DNA from: Gemmatimonadales bacterium
GTDB taxonomy: Bacteria > Gemmatimonadota > Gemmatimonadetes > Gemmatimonadales > GWC2-71-9
Length of the DNA: 64,000 nucleotides
NCBI GenBank assembly: GCA_036390255.1
Contig: DASWCE010000089.1
Coordinates: 1,367-65,366, forward strand
Reading direction: 5' to 3'
The first letter of the stretch is position 1; each line of letters opens with the position of its first letter. The notes beneath the pieces are model-generated. The model was not told the origin of the DNA. It saw only the letters and a program-made list of their open reading frames with translations, and searched no databases. Position numbers and translations under genes: made by a program. Positions 62,910 to 64,000 of this stretch are shown piece after piece.

Positions 62910-64000
62910 CCTCTTCCACGTCGCTGCCCTCCCGCCGGGGTGCCCGTACGCCGGGCCACCAATTCCACCGTCCTGCGATGTGCATGATCGCCGGCACCAG
63001 CACCATGCGGATCAAGGTCGCGTCGAGGAGCACGGCAAGGGCCAGCCCGAATCCGATGAACTGCACGGCGAGCACGCGTGTGAACGCGAAATTGCCGAAC
63101 ACGATGATCATGATCAGGGCGGCGAACGTGATCGTGGACGCCGTCGTCGAGAGGCCTTCCATGGTCGCGTGATCGTTGCGCCCGGTCTTGTCGAAGACCT
63201 CCTTCACGCGAGTCAACAGAAATACCTCGTAATCCATCGACAACCCGAAGACCGTCGCGAATACCAGGACCGGCACCACGACGAAGATCGCTTCCGTCGG
63301 CCCATCGAGGCCGAACAGGCTGGCGCCGTACCCATGCTGGAAGACGAGGACCGTCAGGCCGAACGCGGCGCCCACCGAAACACAATTGAGCACCACCGCT
63401 TTGAGCGGTACGAGGACCGACCGAAACGCGATCAACAGCATGATTGCCGTGACGCCGAGGATCATCGCCACGATGCCCGGAAAGCGGGCGAGCAGGTTCT
63501 CCTGCAGATCGACGCTGGAAGCTGCAAACCCGCCGACCACGACCTCCGCGCCACGCAGCCGCGTGCTGCGCGCGATCGTGCGCCGCACATGGCGCGCGAG
63601 ATCCATCATGCCGGTCAAGGAGACCGAGTCGGCTGCGATGACGTCCATGAGCGTCGTGCGGCGGTCCGTGCTGAGATAGGCGTTGAAAAACTCCGGATAC
63701 CGGTTGCGGATCGGGTCGGCGTCGCTGTAGAACATCGCGAGCTGCAGCGTGGAAAGACCTGGCCGCAGCGTCGCTACGCCGCGGACTTCGCGGACGCGCG
63801 GATCGCGCGAGATCGAATCACTCAGCGCCTTGAGCCCCGGCAACCGGCGGCCGGAGAGCGCCGACTCGCGCGGCGGCAGTTGCACGACGACTCGTAGCGG
63901 CTGGATGACGCCGCTCGCGCCCATCTCGCGCAGCTCGGCGAGCCCCTGTCCCGATTCCGCGTCCGGCGGGAACCAGTTGCGTACCGGGAGTCCGATCCTG
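62902..64000 (-). CDS. MMPL/RND-superfamily membrane transporter, C-terminal part (5' end beyond window)
   Basis: Multi-TM region with SMDYEVFLLTRVKE motif. The reading frame is open from 63924 to the window edge (RIGLPVRNWFPPDAESGQGLAELRE precedes the first Met). Confidence 0.85.
   Translation of the reverse strand, partial: RIGLPVRNWFPPDAESGQGLAELREMGASGVIQPLRVVVQLPPRESALSGRRLPGLKALSDSISRDPRVREVRGVATLRPGLSTLQLAMFYSDADPIRNRYPEFFNAYLSTDRRTTLMDVIAADSVSLTGMMDLARHVRRTIARSTRLRGAEVVVGGFAASSVDLQENLLARFPGIVAMILGVTAIMLLIAFRSVLVPLKAVVLNCVSVGAAFGLTVLVFQHGYGASLFGLDGPTEAIFVVVPVLVFATVFGLSMDYEVFLLTRVKEVFDKTGRNDHATMEGLSTTASTITFAALIMIIVFGNFAFTRVLAVQFIGFGLALAVLLDATLIRMVLVPAIMHIAGRWNWWPGVRAPRREGSDVEEVT

Noticed and set aside
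1-64000. Scanned for CRISPR arrays, IS elements or transposases, integrases, phage genes, toxin-antitoxin pairs, tRNA and rRNA genes, and known defence-system hallmarks (nucleases, helicase/methylase pairs, reverse transcriptases).
   Set aside because: None found. There are no spaced direct repeats, no terminal inverted repeats flanking ORFs and no cloverleaf-capable gaps. The only non-coding gap larger than 250 bp is occupied by rnpB.

Overview
This is a visibly GC-rich (roughly two-thirds G+C by eye, not computed), densely coding 64-kb bacterial chromosomal segment.

**Core content.** The centre (29.7-36.3 kb) is the classical replication-origin block: mnmE-yidC-yidD-rnpA-rpmH on the minus strand, facing dnaA-dnaN on the plus strand. 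An AT-rich candidate oriC lies between dnaA and dnaN. I call about 60 CDS. I also call one ncRNA, the RNase P RNA rnpB (40.6-41.0 kb, minus), in a region no ORF explains, and rpmH (53 aa), which the ORF track missed. Housekeeping genes recognised from motifs are upp, holA, mutS, a cystathionine beta-synthase-like gene, ddl, queD, pterin dehydratase, mtgA, pyrE, cspA and polA.

**Accessory-looking content.**
- Three BNR/Asp-box propeller proteins plus a GH5 glycosidase (1-10.3 kb).
- Two ECF sigma/anti-sigma pairs, one translationally coupled to two apparently exported HEAT-repeat proteins (12.7-16.4 kb).
- Five Hanks-type Ser/Thr kinases.
- A kinase-headed cluster (41-52 kb): a stand-alone copy of the kinase's own juxtamembrane domain, two paralogous Cys-rich lipoproteins, a kinase-domain-only protein, a DmpA-type peptidase, a large lipoprotein and a divergent AraC-type regulator.
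- A translationally coupled kinase-pyrE-MCP trio (52.1-55.3 kb).

I saw no CRISPR array, transposase, integrase, tRNA or rRNA. The gene content suggests Gemmatimonadota or a similar high-GC soil lineage, but that is inference only. All product names come from motifs read by eye; no database search was run.

**Most intriguing points.**
- The conserved N-terminus of rnpA has no canonical start codon and is in frame with rpmH across a single TAA.
- Gene orientation on both sides of dnaA is mostly opposite to the usual co-orientation with replication.
- rnpB is wedged between same-strand protein genes with almost no spacer.
- The kinase/lipoprotein cluster carries 21-bp-phased operator-like repeats.
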